Shown: positions 1 to 9,333, numbered from the stretch's first letter. The stretch: 64,000 nt of DNA from an uncultured Eubacteriales bacterium (GCA_900542005.1 UQLW01000001.1:14160-78159), one strand, 5' to 3'. Numbers and translations: made by a program. Notes: generated by a model from the letters alone, not told the origin.

Positions 1-470
1 TTTTCCCAGTTTTCCAGGTAATCCAGCACCGAGGCATAGGCCCCGTCCTCGCCGATTTGACGGATCAGGTCCAGGGTGAAGATCACATCGTCAGCCGACA
101 GGGGGCGGCCGCTGCCCTGCCAGCTGGCCTGGGTGCGCAGCTTCACGGTCCATACCTTCGCCGTCTCATCGGGCTCCAGGCTGGCTGCCAGCCCGCCGGT
201 GGGGTTTCCCTCGCCGTCATAGGTCAGCAGGCTTTCATAGACAAGACCCAGCAGGCTGCGGACCTCCCGCTGGGTTGCCCGCAGTGGATGCAGCGTCTCA
301 ACGTTCTCCGGCATGACGATATGCAGCGTGGAAAGGTCTGCCTTGGGCGTCGGGGTTGCCACCACCAGCACCGGCGACGAGGCCTGGTCCCCGTCCCCCT
401 GGCAGGCCGCCAGGGGGACGGCCAACAGCAGCAGGGCCAGCAGCGCCGCCAGCCGCCTTTTAGCCCTCAT
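1..470 (-). CDS. ABC transporter substrate-binding lipoprotein, family 5 (peptide/nickel type); N-terminal ~156 codons only, the gene runs off the window start
   Basis: Not in the ORF track because it is open at the window edge. My translation from ATG (468-470, minus): MRAKRRLAALLALLLLAVPLAACQGDGDQ...LHIVMPENVETLHPLRATQREVRSLLGLVYESLLTYDGEGNPTGGLAASLEPDETAKVWTVKLR. Signal peptide plus lipobox LAAC, and an SBP_bac_5-like N-terminus. The start overlaps the coaE stop by 11 nt. Confidence 0.6.
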   Translation of the reverse strand, partial: MRAKRRLAALLALLLLAVPLAACQGDGDQASSPVLVVATPTPKADLSTLHIVMPENVETLHPLRATQREVRSLLGLVYESLLTYDGEGNPTGGLAASLEPDETAKVWTVKLRTQASWQGSGRPLSADDVIFTLDLIRQIGEDGAYASVLDYLENWE

Positions 471-1068
471 CCCCGTCCTCCAGCAGCTCCTCATAGTAGG
501 CGGTAATGGCCCGCTGCGTCGACGCCTCGTCGCAGGAGGTATCGATCACCCGCGTGGCCTTGGCCCGGCGCTCGGCGTCGCTCATCTGGGCCTCCAGCCG
601 TTCGATCGCCTCCTGCTGGCTGAGCTTGTCCCGCTCCATCACCCGGCGCAGCTGCTCGTCCTCCCCGCAGGAGAGCACCCACACCTGGTCACAGGCCACG
701 TCTGCCCCGCTTTCAAACAGCAGCGGCGCATCCACAATGACCACCTTAACGCCTTCGGCCCGCCAGCCTTTCAGCTTATCCACCAGGTCCATCAGGATGA
801 TGGGGTGTAGCGTTTTGTTGAGGCGGATCACCTCCTCGGGCTTGCCGAAAACCCGCTGCGCCAGCATCCTCCTGTTCAGCCGCCCGTCCGGGCCGAAGAT
901 ATCCGCGCCGAATTCCTTTTTCAGCGCGTCAAAGCCCGGCTCGCCCGGCCGGACCACCTGCCGCGCCGTTTCATCCGCGTCCCATATGGTCGCGCCCAAT
1001 TGCCGCAGCGTCCTGCTGGCGGTTGACTTGCCCGTGGCAATGCCGCCGGTTAATCCGATTACTTTCAT
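460..1068 (-). CDS. coaE: dephospho-CoA kinase
   Basis: 202 aa. MKVIGLTGGIATGKST P-loop and typical CoaE length, located directly downstream of polA (conserved synteny). Confidence 0.93.
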   Translation of the reverse strand: MKVIGLTGGIATGKSTASRTLRQLGATIWDADETARQVVRPGEPGFDALKKEFGADIFGPDGRLNRRMLAQRVFGKPEEVIRLNKTLHPIILMDLVDKLKGWRAEGVKVVIVDAPLLFESGADVACDQVWVLSCGEDEQLRRVMERDKLSQQEAIERLEAQMSDAERRAKATRVIDTSCDEASTQRAITAYYEELLEDGDEG

Positions 1069-1077
1069 GCGTTCCTC

Positions 1078-3735
1078 CTATTTGGCATCCATCCAGCTGT
1101 GGGCGCGGTGTACCTCGCAGGTCAGGGGCACGTCCAGCGCCGCTACGCCCTCCATGCACTGGATCAGCAGCGCCTCCACTGCGTCCGCCTCCTCCTGGGG
1201 CGCGTCCACGATGAGCTCGTCGTGCACCTGCAGGATCAGCCGGGCCTTGAAGCCGCCTTCCTGCAGGGCCCGGTCCACCGCCACCATGGCCAGCTTGATG
1301 ATATCGGCCGCGGTCCCCTGGATCGGCGCGTTCATCGCCATGCGTTCGGCGGCCGTGCGGGTATTGTGATCCTTGGCCTTCAGCTCGGGCATGGGCCGGC
1401 GCCGGTGGTAGAGGGTCTCCACATAGCCCAGCTCGCGTCCCGTCTCGATGACCTGCTCCATATAGGCCTTCACATGGTCAAAGGTGCCAAGGTACCGGTT
1501 GATATAGTCGCCGGCCTCCTTCCGTGAGATATCCAGCTGGCGGGCCAGCCCAAAATCGCTGATGCCATATACGATGCCAAAATTCACCGCCTTGGCCGCC
1601 GACCGAAGCTGGGGCGTCACCTGCTCCACCGGCACGCCGAATACCTGCGAGGCCGTGCGGGTATGGATATCGGCCTTATCCCGGAAGGCCTCGATCATCC
1701 GGGGATCCTTGGCCATGTGGGCCAGCACCCGCAGCTCAATCTGGGAATAGTCGGCGTCCACCAGCACCCGTCCGGGCCCCGACGCCACAAATACGCCGCG
1801 GATACGCCGCCCCTCCTCCATGCGCACGGGGATATTCTGCAGGTTGGGCTCGGCGCTGCTGAGCCTCCCTGTCGCCACCAGCGTCTGGTTCAGCCTTGTA
1901 TGCAGCTTGTCCGCCCCATCCAAAAGGGGCACAAGGCCATCCACATAGGCCCCCTTCAGCTTGGTGAGCTGCCGATATTCCAAAATGGGGGCAATGATGG
2001 GGTGCTGGTCCAGCAGGCTTTCCAGCACGCTGGCATCGGTGGAATACCCGGTCTTGGTTTTCTTGGCCTTGGGCAGGCCCAGCTTTTCAAAGAGCACCTC
2101 GCCCAGCTGACGGGTCGAATTGATATTGAAGTTCCCGCCGGCCAGCTCATAGATGCGCTCGGTCACGCTGTCGATACGCCGCTGCATATCGGCGCCCAGC
2201 TCGGTCAGGGCCCTGCGGTCCACCTTAAAGCCTTCCCGCTCCATGCGGTAAAGGATCTCCACCAGGGGCAGCTCGCAGCTTCGGTACAGCGGTTCCATGC
2301 CGGCCTGCTGCAGACGGGGCCACATGGCGTTTTTCAGCGTCACAAGGTGGTGGGCGTCCAGCTTCTCCGGCGGCCGCCCGATGTACCGCTCATACAGCGC
2401 CGCGGGATCCAGGCGCCGGGCCGTCGCATCCAGCAGATAGCCGATCAGCGTCAAATCATACTCCAGGCCTTTAAAGCCTGCGCCTATACCAGCCGCCAGG
2501 CTCAGCCACTGGCGGCCGCCGGAGCCCACCTTGCGGGCGTCGTCGCTGGCTACGATCTTGGGCGCGGGGCCCTCCAGCAGCGGGCGCAGCGCCTCCAGCA
2601 CCTCCTCCAGGGGCCATCCAGCCTCCAGCAGGTTCACCATCAGCGGCGCCTGCCAGAGCTCCTCCTCGCTCCGGGCCAGGGTCAGCCCCTCGCCCACCAT
2701 CAGCGCCACCGGCGCCGCTTCGCCGGCCCAGCTGGCCGCCAGGCCTGAAAGCTCCTCCAGGCTTCCCAGCTGGTGCACCGCAGCAGGCCGCGCCTCGGCT
2801 TGGCGGGGCAGGCGTTCCTCCAGCCGCTTGGCAATGCTGTTAAGGGCGTATTTTTTCAGCGTTTCCAGCCCCTGGCCCATGCGGGCGTCGCTGGGCAGCT
2901 CCAGCTGGCCGGCCTCCACCTCAACCGGCGCCTGCCGGTCAATGGTGGCCAGGCTGCGGGAAAAGCGGGCCATATCCGCGCCCTTTTCCACCTTTTCCTT
3001 CAGCTTTCCCTTGAGCTCGCCGGTATGCGCCAGCAGGTTGTCCACCGTCTCATATTGGGCCAGCAGCGACAGCGCCGTCTTCTCCCCCACGCCGGGGATA
3101 CCGGGGATGTTGTCGGAGCTGTCGCCCATCAGTCCTTTCAGGTCCGGGATCTGGTCAGGCCGCAGGGCCAGCTTCTCCGCCAGGTGTTCCACCGTGTATT
3201 CCTCGATCTGGCTCAGGCCCTTCAGCGTCAGCAGCACATGGGTATGGGGGGAGATGAGCTGCAGCGAGTCCCGGTCGCCGGTCACCACCAGGCAATCCAT
3301 CCCCTGCCGCTCACCCCAGGCGGATACCGTGCCCAGCAGGTCGTCCGCCTCATAGCCCTCCTTCTCCAGAATGCACACGCCCAGCGCCGTCAGGATCTCC
3401 TTGAGCATGGGGAACTGGGGGCGAAGCTCCTCCGGCGTCGGCTTGCGGGTCCCCTTATAATCGCCGTAGGCTTCATGGCGGAAGGTGGGCCCGTGCATAT
3501 CAAAGGCCACCATCAGCCCATCGGGCTTATAATCCTCCAGCGCCTTGAGCATCATGTTCAAAAAGCCGTGCACCGCGTTGGTGCATACGCCCTCCGGCGA
3601 GGTCATGGTGGTGGGCAGCGCGTAGAAAGCCCGGTAAGCCAGGGAATTTCCATCGATAAGCATTAACCGTTTCAGTCTCGTCACATCCTTTATTCCATTT
3701 AAGGACATTCTTTCCAGATGGCTTTCATTATACAC
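1078..3735 (-). CDS. polA: DNA polymerase I (5'-3' exonuclease + Klenow-like polymerase)
   Basis: 885 aa. LIDGNSLAYRAFYAL 5'-nuclease N-terminus; polymerase motifs DYSQIELRVLAH and QVHDELIVD. The start is uncertain: a TATAAT sits inside codons 2-3, so Met10 at 3708 is an alternative start. Confidence 0.95.
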   Translation of the reverse strand: MYNESHLERMSLNGIKDVTRLKRLMLIDGNSLAYRAFYALPTTMTSPEGVCTNAVHGFLNMMLKALEDYKPDGLMVAFDMHGPTFRHEAYGDYKGTRKPTPEELRPQFPMLKEILTALGVCILEKEGYEADDLLGTVSAWGERQGMDCLVVTGDRDSLQLISPHTHVLLTLKGLSQIEEYTVEHLAEKLALRPDQIPDLKGLMGDSSDNIPGIPGVGEKTALSLLAQYETVDNLLAHTGELKGKLKEKVEKGADMARFSRSLATIDRQAPVEVEAGQLELPSDARMGQGLETLKKYALNSIAKRLEERLPRQAEARPAAVHQLGSLEELSGLAASWAGEAAPVALMVGEGLTLARSEEELWQAPLMVNLLEAGWPLEEVLEALRPLLEGPAPKIVASDDARKVGSGGRQWLSLAAGIGAGFKGLEYDLTLIGYLLDATARRLDPAALYERYIGRPPEKLDAHHLVTLKNAMWPRLQQAGMEPLYRSCELPLVEILYRMEREGFKVDRRALTELGADMQRRIDSVTERIYELAGGNFNINSTRQLGEVLFEKLGLPKAKKTKTGYSTDASVLESLLDQHPIIAPILEYRQLTKLKGAYVDGLVPLLDGADKLHTRLNQTLVATGRLSSAEPNLQNIPVRMEEGRRIRGVFVASGPGRVLVDADYSQIELRVLAHMAKDPRMIEAFRDKADIHTRTASQVFGVPVEQVTPQLRSAAKAVNFGIVYGISDFGLARQLDISRKEAGDYINRYLGTFDHVKAYMEQVIETGRELGYVETLYHRRRPMPELKAKDHNTRTAAERMAMNAPIQGTAADIIKLAMVAVDRALQEGGFKARLILQVHDELIVDAPQEEADAVEALLIQCMEGVAALDVPLTCEVHRAHSWMDAK

Positions 3736-3802
3736 CCAAATGCCGCCGGGAAAAAGGCACCTGCTGCAAAAGCCCGCCCCGCCCGCCGCAAACTGGGCAA
3801 AA

Positions 3803-3831
3803 GAAAAAAACCGGTCCTGAAGGAACCGGTT
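3803..3831 (-). terminator. Rho-independent terminator after the aldo/keto reductase gene
   Basis: Minus-strand ACCGGTTCC-TTCA-GGACCGGT hairpin (one bulge) followed by a T7 run. Confidence 0.55.
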
Positions 3832-3842
3832 TCGGGAAGGCC

Positions 3843-4832
3843 CTATCGGGCCAGGATCGCCTCAATGGCGTCCAGCTCATCCTGGGCAAAGCGGAGGTTG
3901 CCCACAGTGGCGATGTTCTCCTTCAGCTGGCTGACCCGGGAGGCGCCGGCCAGCACGGTCGTAACCCGTCCCTCCCGCAGGCACCAGGCCAGGGCCAGCT
4001 GCGCCATGCTCTGCCCGCGGCCCGCGGCAATCTCCGAGAGCGCGCGAACCTTTTCCAGGGTTGCTTCGTCAATCTGTTGGGATTTGAGGGAGCCCTCGCG
4101 GCTGGCGCGGGAGTCCGCCGGGATGCCGCCCAGATAGCGGCCGGTCAGGATCCCCTGGGCCAGCGGGCAGAATACGGCCGTCCCGATCCCCTCGCGCTCC
4201 AGCACCGGCTGCAGGTCCTTTTCAATCCAGCGGTTCAGCATGGAATAGCTGGGCTGATGGATCAGGCAGGGCGTCCCAAGCCCCTTGAGGATCGCAACGG
4301 CCCGTTCCGTCTCGTCGGCGCTGTAGCTGGAGATGCCCACATACAGCGCCTTGCCCGCCCGCACGATCGAATCCAGCGCGCCCATGGTTTCCTCCAGGGG
4401 CGTATCCGGGTCCGGGCGGTGATGGTAGAAGATATCCACATAATCAAGCCCCATCCGGGCCAGGCTCTGATCCAGGGAAGCGATCAGGTACTTCCGGGAG
4501 CCGTAGTCCCCATAGGGCCCGGGCCACATGCCCCAGCCGGCCTTTGTAGAAATCACAAGCTCGTCGCGGTAGGCGCGCAGATCCTCCCGCAGGATGCGGC
4601 CAAAGTTCTTTTCCGCCGATCCTGGAGGCGGCCCATAGTTATTGGCCAGGTCAAAATGGGTGACGCCCATATCAAAGGCGGTCAGCGTCATCTCCCGGCT
4701 GGTTTCATACCGGTTCACATCGCCAAAGTTCTGCCAGAAGCCCAGCGACACCGCGGGAAGCTTCAGGCCGCTTCTTCCACAGCGGCGGTATTCCATGCCC
4801 TCGTAGCGGGCTGGCGCGGCAAGATATGCCAT
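3843..4832 (-). CDS. aldo/keto reductase (YghZ/Gpr-like, K+ channel beta-subunit-type AKR)
   Basis: 329 aa from Met100 of the 428-aa ORF. A strong SD (TAAGGAGGG) lies 8 nt upstream of ATG 4832. MEYRRCGRSGLKLPAVSLGFWQNFG and ANNYGPPPGSAEKNFG motifs. Confidence 0.88.
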   Translation of the reverse strand: MAYLAAPARYEGMEYRRCGRSGLKLPAVSLGFWQNFGDVNRYETSREMTLTAFDMGVTHFDLANNYGPPPGSAEKNFGRILREDLRAYRDELVISTKAGWGMWPGPYGDYGSRKYLIASLDQSLARMGLDYVDIFYHHRPDPDTPLEETMGALDSIVRAGKALYVGISSYSADETERAVAILKGLGTPCLIHQPSYSMLNRWIEKDLQPVLEREGIGTAVFCPLAQGILTGRYLGGIPADSRASREGSLKSQQIDEATLEKVRALSEIAAGRGQSMAQLALAWCLREGRVTTVLAGASRVSQLKENIATVGNLRFAQDELDAIEAILAR

Positions 4833-4988
4833 AATCGATCCCTCCTTACGCATAGCTTGTGTTTTATTCGCCCCCATGGGTTCCAATTCCTGCCGCCCGC
4901 CGCCCATGTCCCCGGAAATGTCCCCAAAGAATTGGGAATAATTTGTAAGTACTTTGAAAATTCTTTGTAACTTTTTATGCTTTGTGCA

Positions 4989-5016
4989 TTGACAGCCGGT
5001 TCGGAACAGGTAAAAT
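4989..5016 (+). promoter_or_regulatory. sigma-A type promoter for the 5089 gene
   Basis: TTGACA (4989-4994), 16-nt spacer, TAAAAT (5011-5016). Confidence 0.5.
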
Positions 5017-5088
5017 AAGAAGTAGATAACTAGACCTATTTGTCTATATGATACATTTGATTTGTCCAACCATGAAAGGAGCTTCGTC

Positions 5089-6696
5089 ATGGCCAATGAA
5101 TTTGAATTCCTCAGGTCCCGATGGCCCAAACTCGCCGCACTCGGTGCGGATGCCGCCCGGTTGGTGGATTTTAGCCCCGTTACCGCCCTGTCCTCCTTGC
5201 GTGATTATTGCGAATGGGCGGCTGATATAACCCTGGATGTGCTGGGGAATCCCATGGCTCCTGATACGCCCCAGCTGGAGCGGCTCAGCGCCCTGAAGGC
5301 GATGGGCAGCGTTCCCCCCGATATTTTACAGAAATTCCACAATATCCGCGCCACGGAGGACCGCGTATCCGGCAACCCGCTGGGCGACCCCAACGAGGCG
5401 CGCGCCCGCATGGCGGACGCTGTGGATATCGGCCGCTGGCTGATGCGCCAGGACGGCGGCGTCCGCTCCGGATACACAGGCCGGCAAACCCCGATACGGG
5501 GCGGATACGGCTCCGGCGACGATACCTATGCCACCGGCCGCAGAGCGCCGGTGCGCCGGGAGCCCAGCCAGAATACCGGCGCCTACCATACCTCCTCCTA
5601 TAATCCCGGTTCCTATGCCAGCGGCAACACTGGCTCCTACAATACCGCCTCCTATCAGCGCCCGCCCCAGGACGAGGCCCCCTACGACGATGGGCAGGGC
5701 GGCTATCCTGAGGATGGCTATGATCGCGGCGGATACGCCGACGACGGCTACCAGGATGGCTATGACAACGGCCAGGACGGCTACGAGCCGCCGCGGCGCG
5801 GCCGCGGGGGATACGGCTCCTCCTCCGGCGGAGGCGGCCGGTTCGACCTCTCCCGCTATAAGCGCTTTCTGACCATGCCGGTCATCATCTCCGCCGTGCT
5901 GGTTATCGTGCTTCTGGTGGCGCTGATCCTCATCCTTTCCCGCTGCGGCGGCAAAACGACCACAGACCCCCAGGGCACTACGCCCAGCGCTACCGCGCCT
6001 TCGGAAACGCTCTCTATCCTGGTGACGCCCACGCCCTCTCCCACGGCAACGCCGGACGTGCCGGCTGACAACACCCAGATCAAGTACCTGGATGAATTCG
6101 CTGAGGGCGATATTACCAAGTCCCATACCGCCTGGGAGAACTATTACCTGGGCAAGTGGACGGCAAACTCCCACAACGCCAACTTCTCCATCTTCAACGG
6201 CGGCAGCGGAAGCGATGCCAAGGGTATCCTCTATGAGCACGGCCTTGGCTGGTTTATTAAGAGCAGCGACTTCGACAGCAACGAGGCCCGCCGCGCCCTG
6301 ACCTTCAATACCAACGGCCAATACAGCGCGCTGACCTTTGATATGGGTGTGGATAAGGAATGGCTCTTTGACGACGCCAAGGACTGCGGTACTTATCAGC
6401 TCATGGTCTTTGTCGACGATAAGGAAGATCCGGTCTGGACCAGCGAGGAAGTAAACTACAACTACTACAAGACGGGCATCAGCGTAGATGTGACCGGCGC
6501 TCAGAAGGTCAAGATCCGCCTGATTGAAAAGAAGGGCTCCAAGGGCTCGCTGAACGTGGTGCTGGGCAACGCAGGCTTTGTCACTGCCGCCGGCGGCACG
6601 GCTGAGACAACCCCGGCCGGCGGTGAAACGACGACGCCTGCCGCAGGAGAGACCACGGCTGCCGATGTGACCACCACAACGCCCGCCGCAGAATAG
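5089..6696 (+). CDS. single-pass membrane protein: N-terminal DUF4145-like domain, Tyr/Gly/Asp-rich low-complexity region, TM helix, Thr/Pro linker, NPCBM-like beta-sandwich, Thr/Ala-rich tail
   Basis: Start chosen at MANEFEFL, with AAAGGAG about 10 nt upstream. TM helix FLTMPVIISAVLVIVLLVALILILS at nt 5869-5940. C-terminal YLDEF...YEHGLGW...LTFDMGVDKE...VFVDDKEDPVWTSEEV...ISVDVTGAQKVKIRL resembles NPCBM modules. Confidence 0.6.
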   Translation: MANEFEFLRSRWPKLAALGADAARLVDFSPVTALSSLRDYCEWAADITLDVLGNPMAPDTPQLERLSALKAMGSVPPDILQKFHNIRATEDRVSGNPLGDPNEARARMADAVDIGRWLMRQDGGVRSGYTGRQTPIRGGYGSGDDTYATGRRAPVRREPSQNTGAYHTSSYNPGSYASGNTGSYNTASYQRPPQDEAPYDDGQGGYPEDGYDRGGYADDGYQDGYDNGQDGYEPPRRGRGGYGSSSGGGGRFDLSRYKRFLTMPVIISAVLVIVLLVALILILSRCGGKTTTDPQGTTPSATAPSETLSILVTPTPSPTATPDVPADNTQIKYLDEFAEGDITKSHTAWENYYLGKWTANSHNANFSIFNGGSGSDAKGILYEHGLGWFIKSSDFDSNEARRALTFNTNGQYSALTFDMGVDKEWLFDDAKDCGTYQLMVFVDDKEDPVWTSEEVNYNYYKTGISVDVTGAQKVKIRLIEKKGSKGSLNVVLGNAGFVTAAGGTAETTPAGGETTTPAAGETTAADVTTTTPAAE

Positions 6697-6711
6697 TCCC
6701 AACAGCATACA

Positions 6712-6747
6712 AACCCCCTGCTGTCAGCAGACGGCAGGGGGTTTTTC
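6712..6747 (+). terminator. Rho-independent terminator
   Basis: Perfect 10-bp stem AACCCCCTGC/GCAGGGGGTT followed by TTTTT. Confidence 0.75.
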
Positions 6748-6855
6748 GCGCCCGCCATACCGGGCCAGCGCGATGAATTGTCCAAGGGAGCAGGAATTTG
6801 GGAATTGGTATCGAAATGTGGGAGGAAGGGACTCAGCAAAAAGGAGGCTTTGTTC

Positions 6856-7992
6856 ATGATTGACTTTACACAGGTGGACCGTACGCTGACCGGCCTTTGC
6901 TCGCAGGGCAAGGTTCCCTCGGCTACCCTATGCGTATATCACAGGGGGCGTATCGTTCACGAGGGGGCCTATGGCTATCCTGACCCTGAGGGCGGCGCGC
7001 CGGCCACCCTGGACACCCAGTACGATATGGCGTCGCTGACCAAGCTTTTCTGTTCCACCGCCTTCATGCGCCTGGTGGAGCAGGGGGTCTTTTCCCTGGA
7101 GGAAAGGGTGTGCGAAAGCTTCCCTGCCTTTACCGGTATGCGCGATATTGTACCCACGGCCAACGAGCTGGATAAGGGGCAGACCGACGCTTCCGTACAC
7201 GGCCAGTGCGACGCAGGCCTTGTGACCTGGTATCATGTGCTGACCCATACCTCGGGCATGGGATGGCTCGCTATGAACAAGCGGCCCAGCCTTGAGGCCG
7301 CCCTTCAGGAGATCCTTACCATGCCCTTTGCCTATGCCACAGGCTCCACGGTGCTGTATACGGATCTGGGCCTGATCCTGATGGGGCTCGCCATGGAAAA
7401 GCGCACCGGTATCCTGCTGGACGATCTCGTCGATCAGCTGGTGGCCCAGCCGCTGGGGCTTACGCATACGGGTTATCTGCGCAACAGCGCCCACCGGGAC
7501 GCGACCAACGTGGCGCCCACGGAATTCTGCGCCTGGCGCGGATACCGGGTGCGCGGCTGTGTTCACGATGAAAACGCCTTCCTTCTGGATGGCGTAGCCG
7601 GTCACGCCGGGCTTTTTTCCACTGCCCGGGACGCCGCCACCCTCTGTCAGGACTATCTGACCAGCTATCAGGGGGGCAAGGGTCTAATCAGCACCGGCAT
7701 GGTCCGGCGGATGGCTTCCTTCCAGGCCCAAAATGACTGGGACCGGCGGGGGATCGCCTGGCAGCTGCGGCTTCTTGATCCGGAAGCCCATTCCTATCCG
7801 CTTTCAGCGAACGCCTTTGGCCATACGGGCTTTACCGGCACCTGCATGTGGATCGATCCGGACCGGGATATGACCTTTGCCCTGCTGACCAACGAGGTCT
7901 ATAACGGCCGTGAAAACCGCGCGCTTATCGAGGTGCGCGGCAAGATGGTCCGGGCCCTGGTGGCTGCAGTGGATGCGGAGGCCGCCGGATGA
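6856..7992 (+). CDS. serine hydrolase, beta-lactamase/transpeptidase fold (class C / EstB-like)
   Basis: 378 aa from ATG 6856, with AAGGAGG 8 nt upstream. SxxK nucleophile motif MASLTKLF; GHTGFTG near the C-terminus. The stop overlaps the anmK start (ATGA). Confidence 0.82.
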   Translation: MIDFTQVDRTLTGLCSQGKVPSATLCVYHRGRIVHEGAYGYPDPEGGAPATLDTQYDMASLTKLFCSTAFMRLVEQGVFSLEERVCESFPAFTGMRDIVPTANELDKGQTDASVHGQCDAGLVTWYHVLTHTSGMGWLAMNKRPSLEAALQEILTMPFAYATGSTVLYTDLGLILMGLAMEKRTGILLDDLVDQLVAQPLGLTHTGYLRNSAHRDATNVAPTEFCAWRGYRVRGCVHDENAFLLDGVAGHAGLFSTARDAATLCQDYLTSYQGGKGLISTGMVRRMASFQAQNDWDRRGIAWQLRLLDPEAHSYPLSANAFGHTGFTGTCMWIDPDRDMTFALLTNEVYNGRENRALIEVRGKMVRALVAAVDAEAAG

Positions 7993-9128
7993 TCCTGATT
8001 GGCCTGATGAGCGGGACCTCTGCCGACGGGACCGACGCGGTATGCGTCCGGATTGAAGGCGCGCCGCCCGGGCTGCATTGGCAGCTGCTGTCCCATGTAT
8101 CGCTCCCCCACCCCGAGTCCCTGCGGGATGCCATTTTCTCGGCCTTCCGCCCGGAGACCTCCAGGGTGGACACCCTCTGTCCCCTTCACTTTGAGCTGGG
8201 CGAGGCCTTCGCCCAGGCTGCCCTGGCTGCGTGCCGGGCGGCGGGCCTCCGGCCGGATGAGGTGGACGCCATCGGCAGCCATGGGCAGACCGTATGGCAT
8301 GTCCCGCCGGGCCAGGGGGAGACGCCCTCCACCCTCCAGCTGGGCAGCCCCGCGGTGATCGCCCAGCGTACCGGCATCACCGTTGTCAGCGATTTCCGCG
8401 CCCGGGATATGGCGGCCGGCGGCCAGGGCGCTCCCCTTGTCCCCTATGTGGATTATCTGCTGCTGGCCGACGCTACCCGCTCCCGGGCGGTGCAGAATAT
8501 CGGCGGCATCGGCAACGTCACCTACCTGCCCGCCGGCCGGAACCCCGACGCTGTCATCGCCTTCGACACCGGCCCCGGCAACATGCTCATGGACTATGCC
8601 GCCAGCCGGGCGACCGGCGGCCGGCTGGCCTATGACCAGGATGGCCGCCTGGCCCGGTCAGGCCGGATTGACCCAGAACTGCTGGACGCCTGGATGGCCG
8701 ATCCCTATTTCTCCCTCCCGCCGCCCAAATCCACCGGCCGGGAGCGCTTCGGCGTGCAGCGGGCTGCGCGGTACTATGACGAGGCGGAGGCAGGGGGCCT
8801 CTCCGCGCCGGATATTCTGGCCACGCTGACGGCCTTTACCGCCGCTTCCATCGCTGACAGCTATCGCCGTTACCTGCCCGCGCTGCCGGATGAGGCGCTG
8901 ATCTCCGGCGGCGGCGCGCACAACCCCGCCCTGCTGGAGCAGCTGGCCCTTCGCCTTGCGCCCTGCGCGGTACGCCTCACCGACGACGTGGGACTCCCCA
9001 CCCAGGCCAAGGAATCGGTCGCCTTCGCGCTCTTGGCCTATGAAACGCTCCACCGCCGGCCGGGCAACCTGCCGGCCGCCACCGGCGCCCGTTTTCCGGT
9101 GGTGCTGGGCAGCGTTACCTACGCCTGA
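7989..9128 (+). CDS. anmK: anhydro-N-acetylmuramic acid kinase
   Basis: 379 aa. MILIGLMSGTSADGTDAV N-terminus, and FDTGPGNMLMD and ISGGGAHNP motifs typical of AnmK. Confidence 0.9.
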   Translation: MILIGLMSGTSADGTDAVCVRIEGAPPGLHWQLLSHVSLPHPESLRDAIFSAFRPETSRVDTLCPLHFELGEAFAQAALAACRAAGLRPDEVDAIGSHGQTVWHVPPGQGETPSTLQLGSPAVIAQRTGITVVSDFRARDMAAGGQGAPLVPYVDYLLLADATRSRAVQNIGGIGNVTYLPAGRNPDAVIAFDTGPGNMLMDYAASRATGGRLAYDQDGRLARSGRIDPELLDAWMADPYFSLPPPKSTGRERFGVQRAARYYDEAEAGGLSAPDILATLTAFTAASIADSYRRYLPALPDEALISGGGAHNPALLEQLALRLAPCAVRLTDDVGLPTQAKESVAFALLAYETLHRRPGNLPAATGARFPVVLGSVTYA

Positions 9129-9333
9129 GCCATCCTGCCAGCCGCTTCTCCGCGGCGGGATGGGGGTTCGCCCGAGCCCCTGTCCCGCCGCCTTATCATG
9201 TCCGCGCCATCTCCCCACCGCGCCATTTCCCGCCATCGTCTTGCATATTTGGGCTATTTTTGCAATATTTCATGCATATTACCGGCAATATAGTTGAATT
9301 TCCGATTTTCCTTTTGAAATTTGCAAGTTTTCC

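Noticed and set aside
3843-5129. 428-aa version of the aldo/keto reductase ORF
   Set aside because: The first 99 codons cross the AT-rich divergent promoter region and have no AKR homology. A strong SD precedes Met100 (ATG 4832).
5326-6708. 460-aa minus-strand ORF
   Set aside because: Antisense to the 5089-6696 gene. It is a Gly/Ala/Arg-rich mirror of that gene's low-complexity region.
9155-9192. GC-rich hairpin after anmK as a terminator
   Set aside because: The stem GGCGGGATGGGG/CCCCTGTCCCGCC is plausible, but no U tract follows it, so I did not list it as a terminator.
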